From Macrostomum lignano (taxonomy: Eukaryota), in the NCBI GenBank assembly GCA_002269645.1, contig NIVC01001585.1:1-64000 (forward strand): a stretch of DNA of 64,000 nt, written 5' to 3'. The position numbers and the translations under genes were made by a program. The notes under the pieces were generated by a model. That model was not told where the DNA came from. It did not search any database and saw only the letters and a program-made list of their open reading frames with translations. Of the stretch, positions 1 to 10,766 are shown piece after piece. How positions within the stretch are numbered: the stretch's first letter is position 1; each line of letters opens with the position of its first letter.

Positions 1-1023
1 CCATCAGCAGTCCCCAATTATTTTGTCTGCAAAGCCTGCAAAGGACTGTTGGTCAACTGCTTCCAGACGCCGCAAGGATTCAGACTGTGCCAGGTGTGCG
101 TAAACAGCTTGCATCCGACACACTGCGGGCCCTGTCCGGGAACAACAGACCAGGACAACGACAGTAATGTCGATGGCGAACGTCAGCGTTGGGTTTGTCG
201 TGACCGATGCTTGCCGGACTTGGCCACCCGACGGGAGCTGTCCGAGTTGTGGGTCTTCTGTCCGAATGCTGACCTCGGATGCTCTGAGCAGATGCAGTGG
301 AAGATGCTAGAGGAGCACTTGAAGCAGAAATGCGAGTACGAGACCGTCACGTGCCAATTTTGTCTCAGGGAAATCATTGTGTACAAGCTGCACCTTGTTC
401 ACTGCAATCTGGAGTCTGCCGACTGCTGTGTGCACTTCCGCTGCCACTGCGGCTACTGCGGCTTCTTCGGCTACGGCAGTGACATGCTAAACCGTGTGGA
501 CTTTATTAAGCATGCAAAGACTTGCTCTGAGATTCCCGTGAAATGTCCGTTCGCCGAGTTTGGCTGTCAAGTGAAGTTAAAGCAGAAGCAGCTGACTGAG
601 CATTACAGCCAAAACACTAATGAGCACTTGCTTATGATTGGCTGTTGCATCAGCGCCCAGCGCGGGAGAATGGATCGCTTGGAGAAGGAGAATCAGAAGC
701 TTAAATGTAAAAGCCAAGCCCAGAAAACTACCATATGGTATCTAGCACTGTTTCTAATGGTCGCATTGGCCATAATCTTTCTGGGGTGCAGCATTGCCGT
801 ATGTTCAATTTGGCCATTTAGCAGTACTTCTGGTGCTAATTTAGAGCCTGTAGCTCGTCCTTCTTCAACCGCTCTTTATTTGATCCCTAAAATCAAGCGC
901 TTGAGACAGTCCTTCTTTTCACCTACCGGTACGTCCCAAAGCCTGGAGTCTGCCAAAGCTTCTCACTATGCCACAGTAACGTATGCCACAGCCACAGTAA
1001 CGTACAGAGCAGTAATGAAATAA
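1..1023 (+). CDS. TRAF-like RING/zinc-finger protein, copy A1 (5' end outside window), with a C-terminal hydrophobic helix and no MATH domain
   Basis: Frame is open from base 1 (PSAVPNYFVCKACKGLL). Contains the TRAF signature PDLATRRELSELWVFCPN-x-GC-x-HL-x-C and TRAF zinc fingers (CPFAEFGC...H), a coiled coil (RMDRLEKENQKLK), then WYLALFLMVALAIIFLGCSIAVCSIW at about 736-819. Confidence 0.85.
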   Translation, partial: PSAVPNYFVCKACKGLLVNCFQTPQGFRLCQVCVNSLHPTHCGPCPGTTDQDNDSNVDGERQRWVCRDRCLPDLATRRELSELWVFCPNADLGCSEQMQWKMLEEHLKQKCEYETVTCQFCLREIIVYKLHLVHCNLESADCCVHFRCHCGYCGFFGYGSDMLNRVDFIKHAKTCSEIPVKCPFAEFGCQVKLKQKQLTEHYSQNTNEHLLMIGCCISAQRGRMDRLEKENQKLKCKSQAQKTTIWYLALFLMVALAIIFLGCSIAVCSIWPFSSTSGANLEPVARPSSTALYLIPKIKRLRQSFFSPTGTSQSLESAKASHYATVTYATATVTYRAVMK

Positions 1024-2547
1024 ATCAGGCATACATCACTGAGGAAAATATAACAAAGTTGGTCATCAAAACGGATCAGTCGATCACGCCTATGCAAAAC
1101 ATTTTAACGGCCGTCTCGCATTGAAATATCGACTGGTCTTGTCCGTTTATATTGCCAGCTTAAATCGACTGACTTTTAAGTGACTGTGAAATTTACTCTG
1201 AAGCTTTCTTGTCGAAGTTTGCTGGTGGAAGTAAAAACGTTACAAAGTGAAGTTCTGCTAGCATATTTCTTTGTTAAGAACTTTTTAATGAGTTTCATGA
1301 CACCCGACGCGCTTTTCAGCAAATAAGAATTTTTTTGAATATTAAAATCAAGCCTTGTTTTGGAGCTGCCACTGTTTTTTGTTCTTTTACATCTGGGGTC
1401 TGCAATAGTTATACGATCAGTTTAACATATAGCATATTTGTTCGAATATGTACGTACATTGCCAAATTTCGACCGCCCAACTTTTGTACGAGTGTTTATC
1501 TTTCGTTTGTGTGGATTATAGATTTTTTCATTTAATTGTTCATGAACTAGTATTGTACACTTACAGTCAGAACTCGTAAATATATCGACCCAGAGCACAA
1601 AGATTTTTTCCATTTTCATCGTTTTCTAGCGCATCAAAGTTTGTCTTCTATCTCTAGTGTTATTCTAGCAACCAAGATTTTATATTTAAGGGACAAAGGA
1701 CGAGTGCACTCCGTCCGAATGTTTTTTCAACAATCGAATCATGTTTCCTCTTGTTATCGTAAGATATCCTATTTCCAGATTTTACTTAGCAAAAGTTCTA
1801 CATATTTGATTACTAGATGCCTAAGTTATGATTCGCGCTTTTCTAACTAATTTTAGAGCCACTTTATACCGATCTTTTCATGACAAAATAAACTATTATT
1901 TTAGAAAATTCTACACTCAATTGCAAGTCGGTCTATTTTTACGATCCGACAGCGAAACTGCCGCTCTCTCCCATCTTCAGACTAAATTTGCATCTCTTTT
2001 ATCATATCGTGCTGACTAGAAATTTTACGAAGCCTAATTTTCCTAAGTATTATTAGGAAAGACCTAAAACTATGCTATGCTTCCACTCATAGCCTTCAAC
2101 CGAAAGGTTTTTCTACCGCGAAATTTCCGCGGCTTTTCCGCGGATTTGCCGTTTATTTTGCATTAGTCCTGACAAGCCAGATTATGTGGACGTACTGTTT
2201 ACTCTAGATTTCGCCCGCAAAGTCGGTCATGCAGCTTAGCTTACTATTAATCGAGGGTAAAGCGACAAGTTGAATGTTCTCGCACCGTATTCCATGCTTC
2301 GAATACGTACTTCTGGGCAGGGGGTAGTTTAACCTCTACTACTGTGCGTACACTATGCTATTGTACACTGGCCAGTGTATTCTGCTAACCCACGGAATTG
2401 CCTTGGAAATACCTTCAGAATTTGTTAAACTAAACTCACATTCCTTCATCCGTGTACTATGACCAAAGCGCCAATATTTTTTAAATGAAATAAAGCGCCT
2501 ACGTTTTTCTTACAATTCTTTATACTCGTACAGCTAAATCCAGATCA

Positions 2548-3712
2548 ATGGAGCTATCAGAAAGAGCCCTGCGTGCCAAGCCTGTGTCTCAATCAGCAGT
2601 CCCCAATTATTTTGTCTGCAAAGCCTGCAAAGGACTGTTGGTCAACTGCTTCCAGACGCCGCAAGGATTCAGACTGTGCCAGGTGTGCGTAAACAGCTTG
2701 CATCCGACACACTGCGGGCCCTGTCCGGGAACAACAGACCAGGACAACGACAGCAATGTCGATGGCGAACGACAGCGTTGGGTTTGCCGTGACCGATGCC
2801 TGCCGGACTTGGCCACCCGACGGGAGCTGTCCGAGTTGTGGGTCTTCTGTCCGAATGCTGACCTCGGATGCTCTGAGCAGATGCAGTGGAAGATGCTAGA
2901 GGAGCACTTGAAGCAGAAATGCGAGTACGAGACCGTCGCGTGCCAATTTTGTCTCAGGGAAATCATTGTGTACAAGCTGCACCTTGTTCACTGCAATCTG
3001 GAGTCTGCCGACTGCTGTGTACACTTCCGCTGCCACTGCGGCTACTGCGGCTTCTTCGGCTACGGCAGTGACATGCTAAACCGTGTGGACTTTATTGAGC
3101 ATGCAAAGACTTGCTCTGAGATTCCTGTGAAATGTCCGTTCGCCGAGTTTGGCTGTCGAGCGAGGTCAAAGCAGAGGCAGCTGACTGAGCATTACAGCCA
3201 AAACACTAATGAGCACTTGCTTATGATGAGCAACATAGTCAAAGAATTGCAGGCGTCCAAGTGCAGTGATGCTGCAAAAATAACACGCTTGGAGAAGGAA
3301 AATGGTGATCTAAAAGCTAGGATCAAGCTCATCGAAGCCAAACAGGTTCGTATAGTAAACACTGTCATTGTGATTAAGATCTAAAACTGAATTAGCCACT
3401 TTGAGTTGATATGCATGTAGCAGCGCTCCTTTATTGCAGGCCAAATCCGAAGCTTCGGTCTCAGCAACCAAGCCTGAGTTGCGAAGGTCTCTGGAGACAA
3501 TTACCAATCGCGTCTCTGCCAACAACGTCTCGGAACTCGGACGCGAATCTTCGACTCCAGCATCGGTTGCAGCTTTACCGTCGAAAGGTTGTCATCGACG
3601 GGTGCAATCGAGCCCATTTTCGACCAATTGGCTGCCCAGCCGCAAGAGAACCGCGTCGGAGAGTTTGACGGAAGAGACCAACGCGGAATTGGCTGTGCCT
3701 GGCGGAAACTGA
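2548..3712 (+). CDS. TRAF-like RING/zinc-finger protein, copy A2; probably two exons (2548-3345, 3440-3712), about 356 aa
   Basis: Near-identical to A1 as far as EHLLM. Donor CAG|gttcgt at 3346 and acceptor tttattgcag|GCC at 3439 are both phase 0 and join to the 3434..3712 ORF (Ser/Thr-rich tail). The unspliced ORF ends at 3384. Confidence 0.8.
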
Positions 3713-3834
3713 TACAAAAAAGAAAACGAGATTTAAGTTTTGTACATAATAATCTGTGTGACTCGGCGCGGATGATGTGGACGGGACACACCGGCGCAGG
3801 GATACAGTGACGCGTTGGTGACTCACTCGTCGCC

Positions 3835-4115
3835 GACGTTTACGTTGTCGATCTGGCCAGCGTGCGACGGCCGTCAACGTCTTGTTCGAGCTAGTCTGTC
3901 AGCGCCTCAGGGTGTACAGAGGCCCTAACTGTTTATCGGTCAGGCATGTACACTCTCTGCGCCTTGGAGTTGGCCCTAATGGTTGTGAATCGCACGACAA
4001 CCTCCGGTAAGTGTGGTGAATGCGCCACCTAGTTTAGGTCTCCGCCTAGCCACCCCTGCTTAATTGTACTGCAATGTCGATCCCACCCCAAACCCTAGGC
4101 TAGGTTGAGTCGCGA
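3835..4115 (-). mobile_element. SINE-like non-autonomous element (family 3), copy 1
   Basis: Repeated at 10405-10705. Shares a ~70-nt body (3910-3978) with SINE family 2. Degenerate A/B-box-like motifs on the minus strand (TGGCTAGGCGG; GTGCGATTC). Confidence 0.5.
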
Positions 4116-4179
4116 TTGACCTTTCTCATTCGTTTATCTCACTCTAAAGGGAGATCGCTTGCGCCGTTACTGTCGCTTG

Positions 4180-4980
4180 CGCGGCTCAGCGTGCTTGGCT
4201 ACGCCGACGATCTCGCCCTCCTTTCCTCCACCGTCGAGGGCGCCCAGCGCCAGCTGGACCGGCTGGTAAGCGTTGCGGCGAGCGTCGGCCTGGTGGTCAA
4301 CACGCAGAAGACCGTTGTGCTCTGCGTACCGGACGACATGAGGCTGAAATTTTCTGCCGAGGCGCAGACGCGCAGGTGACGAGGCTTCCGCGATGTCAGC
4401 AGTTCGTCTATCTCGGCGGTCTGGTGCCTGACGTTCGTGAGGACCTGCGACTTTGCTATGGATTTGCCTGTGCTGCCTTCCGTTCCGTGAGGGCTGTCCA
4501 GCAGTCCGAGGCCCTGCCTGACCGCCAGAGGGCGGCGTTGTTCCAGGCGGTGATCGAAACCGTACTGTTGTACAACGCCGAGACCTGGACCCTGACTGAT
4601 TCACTCGAACAGCAGGTCGATGCGGCGCACGCTGGCCTGCTGTGCGCCGCCTTCAAGATCGGCTACGAGCGAGTCACCAATGCGGCACTCTATCGCCACA
4701 CCGGCCTGTCCCGTCCCAGCGAAATGTTGCGCCATCGGCGACTCCAGCTGGCAAGGCCATATCATCTGAGACGAGTCGTACTGCCCACAGCCGGTGCAGA
4801 AAGTGCTTTTGCTCACGCTGCAGGAACCCTACCGGCGGGGGCAGGCCCGCACTCGGCGTTTCGTCGACTGCCTGCTGGCTGATGCCGGCGGTGCGGCCTA
4901 CGTTCGCGCCCAGGCCCTGAAACGCGCCCTGTGACATTGTCCCACGTTTGCTGGCTGACGTATTTTTTGTTGTTGTTGTC
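4180..4980 (+). mobile_element. 5'-truncated, frameshifted non-LTR retrotransposon (RTE-like), RT C-terminal part, copy 1
   Basis: LGYADDLALL...GLVVNTQKT, FVYLG and VIETVLLYNAETWTLT motifs in shifted frames; (TTG)n tail at about 4965-4980. Confidence 0.85.
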
Positions 4981-6409
4981 GCTCTAGTTGATTGGCTCAG
5001 CCGTTTTTTTGTGGCTACGTACGAGTGTAAGTCCCAGTTGTTGTCGTCCGTTTTTGGAAGGTTTGACTGGTTGGACGCGTCGTACGCCCGTCGCACCTCA
5101 ACTGGCACGCGTGCCAGAGGCATTAGAGAATCACTCGAGCAGTCTGGTCCTAGCCGACTCTGCGTCGTACGTCAGTAGGTTGGGATGATCGCTGAGCTGC
5201 TCTGCACCATAAGTTTGGTACTTGCATGTTTATTTGGTTGCATGTTAATTTGGTAGCATTCTGTCAGTGATATCTGCTTAAGTTGTTATGTGAAGGCCTG
5301 GTGTGGATTGGCTGGGCCGGGCAGCTGGCTCAGTTTTTCCTCACCCCCCGCCGCGGTGTGATTGGCTGGCGTGGGGTAGGGCCTGTCGGGAGGGGTTGTG
5401 GGGGTTGGAGGGCTCGGGGGTTTGCAGTCTCTCCCCCCCGCGTGCGCCAGCCATTTAGGTAGTCTGGGCGTCGTCACTCGCCTCTCTATACCTAGTTTGG
5501 CTTTCGGTGCTGTCCTGTGATTGGTTTTCTCTCGCCGTAAGGACGTTTTCCTATGGAAAAGATCCAATCCAAAGAGACGTGTTGAAAAAATCTAAGAAAG
5601 TTGGATGCGTTCCTCTGTCTTCCTTCTTTTGGTTGCCAAAAGGGGGCAACTAAGGCTTCGTGTGTCCTGACGCCTACTTACTGTAGTTTAGGCTACCTGG
5701 CGTCCTGATGCAGGTATGATCCGCATAGGAACATCCTGACAACCGACAAGCAAGGTGCACCCGTACCCTGTACACCCTACCGTATTATATAGGCCCGAGG
5801 TGTAGGGATAACATCATTATTTTTTACTGTTTCAGTGTATATCTTTTTTATCGTTTGCAGTACGAGCCAGTTTGTGTGGTAGTCATTTCAATAGTATTGT
5901 AACAAATTTTTTAATAATAGTAATATTCTACAATTTAGTGTTTAAAATAAATTTGTTATACTGTATGATTTGTTTTAATGCGATTGATTTTTGTTAACTA
6001 TGCTAGACTTTATTGAACTATAGGCGCGATCTAATAGGGAGCTAACTTAAATTAGTATTTATATACAGAGGAGCGCAAGGAGAAAATTCTTTCACGGGTT
6101 TTAACCTTTTCTTAATCAGTTCTGAATCTGTAGTCTAATCCTAATCATTCTTCTAAAAGGGGTGTTTGTCGATAGAACAGTAATTGCAAAGAAAAACTCG
6201 TTTTGTTGCAGAGAAAAAGGCGTTCTGTCTGTGAAACAATTGGTGTTTAACTGCTTTACACGTGTGCAGAGTGAAGTAAAGGGGCAACTTGCCCTGTGCC
6301 AAGTGAAAAGCTATGGGGGGAGTCCCCTGGAAATGAAGAAAGCCGGGAACCTCTCGATCATTGGTAACGCCGTTTTGGGACTTGACGCCTACAACACTTG
6401 GTGTCAGCT

Positions 6410-6690
6410 TGTGTGCAGCACACAAGGGCGCGAATACGTACGCAGTCATACGCACAGGCACTCACTCACACAGGAGTGTACAGCGGCCCTAACTTTATTT
6501 ATCGTTAGGCATGTACACTTCACTGTGCCTTGGGGGTTGGCCCTTAAGCTGGGAATTACGAGCGTAATTGCACGAGCAGAGCCAAGCCGAGATTCCAATT
6601 TAGCCTCAAAATTAATGTGTCTCTACTTGGAATCGAGCCTGGACCGCTGGCACATCAGAGCGCCTCGCCAGACCACTGGTCTACACCCCC
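6410..6690 (-). mobile_element. tRNA-derived SINE family 2
   Basis: Minus-strand head GGTGTAGACCAGTGGTCTGG...GGCTCGATTCC (A and B boxes). Dispersed copies at 13000, 24370, 26870 and 47350. Confidence 0.75.
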
Positions 6691-6879
6691 ATGTTCTCTA
6701 CATGTAAAAATGCAGCCTCAATCTCATTGGACGAGCTTTGCTAGATCAATTATAACAAACTCTGGGATTGGTGAGTGCATAAAAAGCGATGATGATCTGC
6801 TCCCAAATATTAGAAATTCGTTATTGAGTTTTGTGCTACGATTTCAAATGCAAGATTAGCAAAATTTTAAAGTCTCGAA

Positions 6880-7663
6880 ATGAAGATCCTCAACAAATTC
6901 CCGGCAATCCTGCTCGAGCTGCAGAGCTTTCTGATCTCGGTGACAGCTGGCAGCAGCCGGTGCTCATCGCAGCAGGCATTCACAGCCGTGAACGCCAGCC
7001 TGTGCATCGGCAGCGAGTTCACGGAGACGCCCCTGGGCAGCAGCGCGGCAGCATCGGAGGTCCTGTGCTCGCTGCTCTGCGCCAGCAGGCCCCGCTGCCA
7101 GGCCTTCAGCTTGGCCCGCGGCCCCTGCCAGCTGTTCGTGTTCGACAGGTGCAGCAAAGGCGTGCGGGACTGCAGCGCCAGCTGCTCGGCCTTCGGTCTG
7201 GTCTTCGTGAAGCAGCGACCGGGCCTGCCGCCTGGAAAACTCTGCCCGCCTGAGTTCGATTCCCAGCGAGTTCGATTCCCAGGTTCGCTACCGGCTGGTG
7301 AACGGCACGGCCGGCTGGCAGAGGGGCCGGCAGGTCTGCGCCAACCAGACCGACCTCGTCATCATGGCCGACGTGCTGGACGCTGAGGAGCTGCGCTTCA
7401 TCAACTCCCAGTTCAGCGGCCTGAACATCTGGCTCGGTGGCCACCAGGAAGAGGGAAGTCCCGAGCCAGGCGGAGGGTGGCGGTGGCTGGACTGTGGTCT
7501 GGAGTTCGATCCCAGCCTGTGGGCTGCAGCTGAACCAAATGACGGTGGAAATGCCGAGAAGTACATTCTCCACTACTCGGGCACAGCTGGCCTGGTAGAC
7601 GCACCAGAAACGCTGTCTTTCCCAACGAATGCCCTGTGCGAGTGCGTCTCGCCGTTTGAATGA
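6880..7663 (+). pseudogene. Secreted PAN/Apple + C-type lectin gene, copy 1, frameshifted at about 7268
   Basis: ORF 6880..7386 has a signal peptide and PAN-like C-x3-C-x5-C-x-AF-x6-C. ORF 7298..7663 has the CTLD (WLGG, W-R-W, WAAAEPND, terminal CEC). Copy 2 is continuous across this junction. Confidence 0.8.
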
Positions 7664-8414
7664 CGTGTGCTTGTCATTAGTGATACTCGAGCTCAACTGC
7701 TATAAAAATCGCTACGTGGGAATAGTGAAGTCTTCGTGTGATGCCCCGATATCGCGGAGTTAATGGATTTTCCTGAACAAAACTGAAAAAAATGTTTTCA
7801 GATTATTCGTGTCCCAGGAAACACCCACAAGTGCTTCACGTGGCGCATCGATGCGCAAAAAATTGAACGAACGAGTGGCAGTCAATTGGATAATATAAAA
7901 CCCTTTTTGCCCACTTTATATCTGTCAATTTGATAAAAAACCATACATTGCTTTGTTGCTCGTGGCTACTAAAAGTAAGGCTAGTAAGATAATTGGGATA
8001 CTTTTGCTATGAAACAGCAGAAAATCTCTTAGCAAATATCAATCAAATTGTTTATCATTAGGGAGTTGGATTTCTTCGGTCCTCGTTTTAAATATTTTAG
8101 TAATGGAATTAGAAGTACGAGCTATCTCACAGCACTCTACGAGTAGGTTAGAAAAATATGTTATTTTCTGCGTTAAGTTGGCACAAAACCGTACCAGTAG
8201 TACACTAACACGGTTGTATATAGATTTATGATTCGTTTTTCAAATTCAAAAAACAACAGATCTCCTTCGACCCATCCTGTTCAATTCCTTGACGGCGGCA
8301 TCCTGCTGGCTCTGATTGTCTTCTTCACCGGGCTGCTCTGTCAAATCGCTGTTGCTCAGTCGTCTCTGAAATTGCGGATAAACAGGGGCAGTGAATTCGG
8401 CACATCGATGGGTT

Positions 8415-9335
8415 TTAATGCTGAGAAACATTACAATTTAAAGCCTTATTTACCCCTTGATTGAGCAGTGTTTTTAGTAGAGGAGACTTTTCAAAGGTGG
8501 ATAAACGTTCGGTTAGCTTCAGGACTTTTTCCTTCAGTTGTCCGACTTCAATGGCCCTCTGTTTATCTCTGGTCTTGAGCTTCATCAACAAATTATTGAT
8601 TTCTTTTAGTTCGGAGTCCTTTCGCTGCAGCTCCTGTTGGAAGCGCTGCACCGTGAGCTCCAGGTGGCCATCGGTACCCGAGCAGTAGTGCTCATCGAGC
8701 TGCGACATTGCCACGTTCGTCTGACACCCGATGCTCTGTCGGTACTTGCAGTCGCTCGGTCTCTCCGGACAGGTCATCAGGTGCTCCTCGAACTCCGAGC
8801 GGTACAGCCTGCTGCTCGAGTCGCTGCAGTGAGGACACGGAGCTCGGAACTCGGAGCAGCAGTGAGGAGACCGCAGATCCGTGTGGCAGCCGTTCAGCTC
8901 GAACTGACGGACTCGCTCCGAGCAGCGGTCGCACGTGACGATCTCGAACTGGCACTCGTTGGTCAGATGAGAGTCCAGCTGCTTCAAGGTGAGCCGCTTC
9001 TCACAGCCGGACTCTTCGTTCGGGCATCGGACTTCAAGTTCGAGCACGTCCTTACGTGTTGCAGTGTCGGGGAAGCAGACAGCCTGACTCACAAAGTGCT
9101 CAACAAGTCTCGCACGGTCTCTGCAGCTGTCCAGCGAATGAATGCAGGGACAGACTCGATCGCTGGATTGCAGCAGCTCGGTGCTGAAGCACCGCTGGCA
9201 CAGGCGGCATCCGTGCGGAGTCTGGTAGGAATTTATGAGCAGCTCTGAGCAGCCGCTGCACATTAAATGGTTCGGTATCGGCTTGTTTCGAATTTTGATA
9301 GAAGATAAATCGCTTCGCACTAAAGCTTGCTCCAT
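8415..9335 (-). CDS. TRAF-like RING/zinc-finger protein, copy B1, no MATH domain
   Basis: CSGC...QTPHGCRLCQRC...CPC RING-like region; FPDTATRKDVLELEVRCPN-x-GC-x-HL-x-CQF; further zinc fingers; coiled coil. Confidence 0.85.
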   Translation of the reverse strand: MEQALVRSDLSSIKIRNKPIPNHLMCSGCSELLINSYQTPHGCRLCQRCFSTELLQSSDRVCPCIHSLDSCRDRARLVEHFVSQAVCFPDTATRKDVLELEVRCPNEESGCEKRLTLKQLDSHLTNECQFEIVTCDRCSERVRQFELNGCHTDLRSPHCCSEFRAPCPHCSDSSSRLYRSEFEEHLMTCPERPSDCKYRQSIGCQTNVAMSQLDEHYCSGTDGHLELTVQRFQQELQRKDSELKEINNLLMKLKTRDKQRAIEVGQLKEKVLKLTERLSTFEKSPLLKTLLNQGVNKALNCNVSQH

Positions 9336-10167
9336 TTTAGCTTGCTATGGGTGTCATTCAACTTGCGACGTAAAATTTGCGGCTTCTACACAGCAAGCTC
9401 GCGAATTTCTCATCCAAAACAGTCACTGGTTATAACATAACAAAAGTAGGTACTACCGTGTTTGGAGTGTTTACAACTGGCTGCAACAACCCCAGGTAAA
9501 TGAATTCGGTTGTGTGCGTGCAAGTACATTTAAGCTATAGATAACCTAAAGAGGTTAGGGCTACTGTAGTCTGCAGTGAAGGGTTGTAGCTCGTACACTC
9601 GTTTCTCTTCTATTTCTCTTCTCAATTCTATTTATGGCAAGTACCCTGCAATGTTGTCAATTCAACAGAACTGTCCCACAGCGCGACCTGCACACTGAAA
9701 TTTATGCACGTGATGCGTCTTATCTTATTTTTAGTTGAACAACAAGTTTATGTAGTCGTTTGCACAGTTTTTAGTAAACAAGTATTGGTTAATTATGGTT
9801 TAATTTGAGTATCATTAACCCTATGTTGACTGTTGGATCCGAGGTCTCACCATCTGGACATTTGAAATGCAGCATGCATGCGTTTGGTCCGATGTGAACT
9901 CGCAAGTTAATTGAGCTACTATAACCACAGGATACACTAAAACTAATCTTGCAAAGTTCCGGCGAATATTTCAGCTACTGAAATCATTTTTTATATATGG
10001 CAAAACCTCATTGTATCTTACGCTCTTACGCACAGCGTTTTTCTTACAAGTTACAGGAGCGTCGCCATGGATTTTATGGTAGGGGAGACGAAGCCGAGAG
10101 TTCTACATCTACATATACATTACTAAATTCCTACATGTACATTATTTCCGAACCGGTGTTGTCAGCG

Positions 10168-10325
10168 ATCATTTTAGCGCCGCAGGCACTCATTTTGGCG
10201 CCGCAGGCACTCATTTTAGCGCCGCAGGCACTCATTTTAGCGCCGCATGCACTCAATTTAGCGCAGCAGGAACACATTTTAGTGCCACAGGCACTCATTT
10301 TAGCGCCGCATGCACTCAATTTAAT
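10168..10325 (+). repeat. 21-nt tandem repeat (CATTTTAGCGCCGCAGGCACT), about 7 copies, at the junction of the two duplication units
   Basis: Read directly from the sequence. Confidence 0.85.
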
Positions 10326-10404
10326 GGTGCAGATGCTATGTTTTGTCGCCCTGAAGTGAAATGATTGATTTCCATAACAGGTCAACAAGGTGGGGTAGGG
10401 GGGG

Positions 10405-10705
10405 ACAAAGCAGTGGCATGTCTCCTACGTTGTCGATCTGGCCAGCGTTCGACGGCCGTCAGCGTGTTGTTCGAGCTAGTCTATCAGCGTCTCAGGGTGT
10501 ACAGAGGCCCTAACTGTTTATCGGTCAGGCATATACACTCTCGAGCATTGGAGTTGGCTCTAATGGTTGTGAATCGCACGACAACCTCCGGTAATTGTGG
10601 GGTGAATGCGCCGCCTAGTTTAGTTCTCCGCCTAGCCACCCCTGCTTAATTGTACCGCAATGTCGATCCCCCCCCCAAACCCTAGGCTAGGTTGAGTCGC
10701 GATTG
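10405..10705 (-). mobile_element. SINE-like element family 3, copy 2
   Basis: Paralogous to 3835-4115. Confidence 0.5.
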
Positions 10706-10766
10706 ACTCTTTTCTCATTCGTTTATCTCACTCTAAAGGGAGATCGCTTGCGCCGTTACTGTCGCT

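Larger units (their letters stand above)
3835..10000 (+). repeat. Tandem segmental duplication unit A (SINE-RTE-SINE-lectin-TRAF)
   Basis: Collinear with about 10405-16900, at an offset of roughly 6.6 kb. Confidence 0.9.

Noticed and set aside
4020-4115. Faint U1 snRNA resemblance on the minus strand
   Set aside because: No ACTTACCTG 5' end and no proper Sm site; better explained as a SINE-like head.
5695-5745. Possible hammerhead ribozyme (CTGATGC...)
   Set aside because: The core needs CUGAUGA and GAAA with flanking stems; these are not present.
8415-8455. Micro-intron (gtaaat...ctcag) that might extend TRAF-B to a MATH exon
   Set aside because: It is only 33-36 nt and frame-preserving, a stop follows, and I found no MATH-like sequence downstream.
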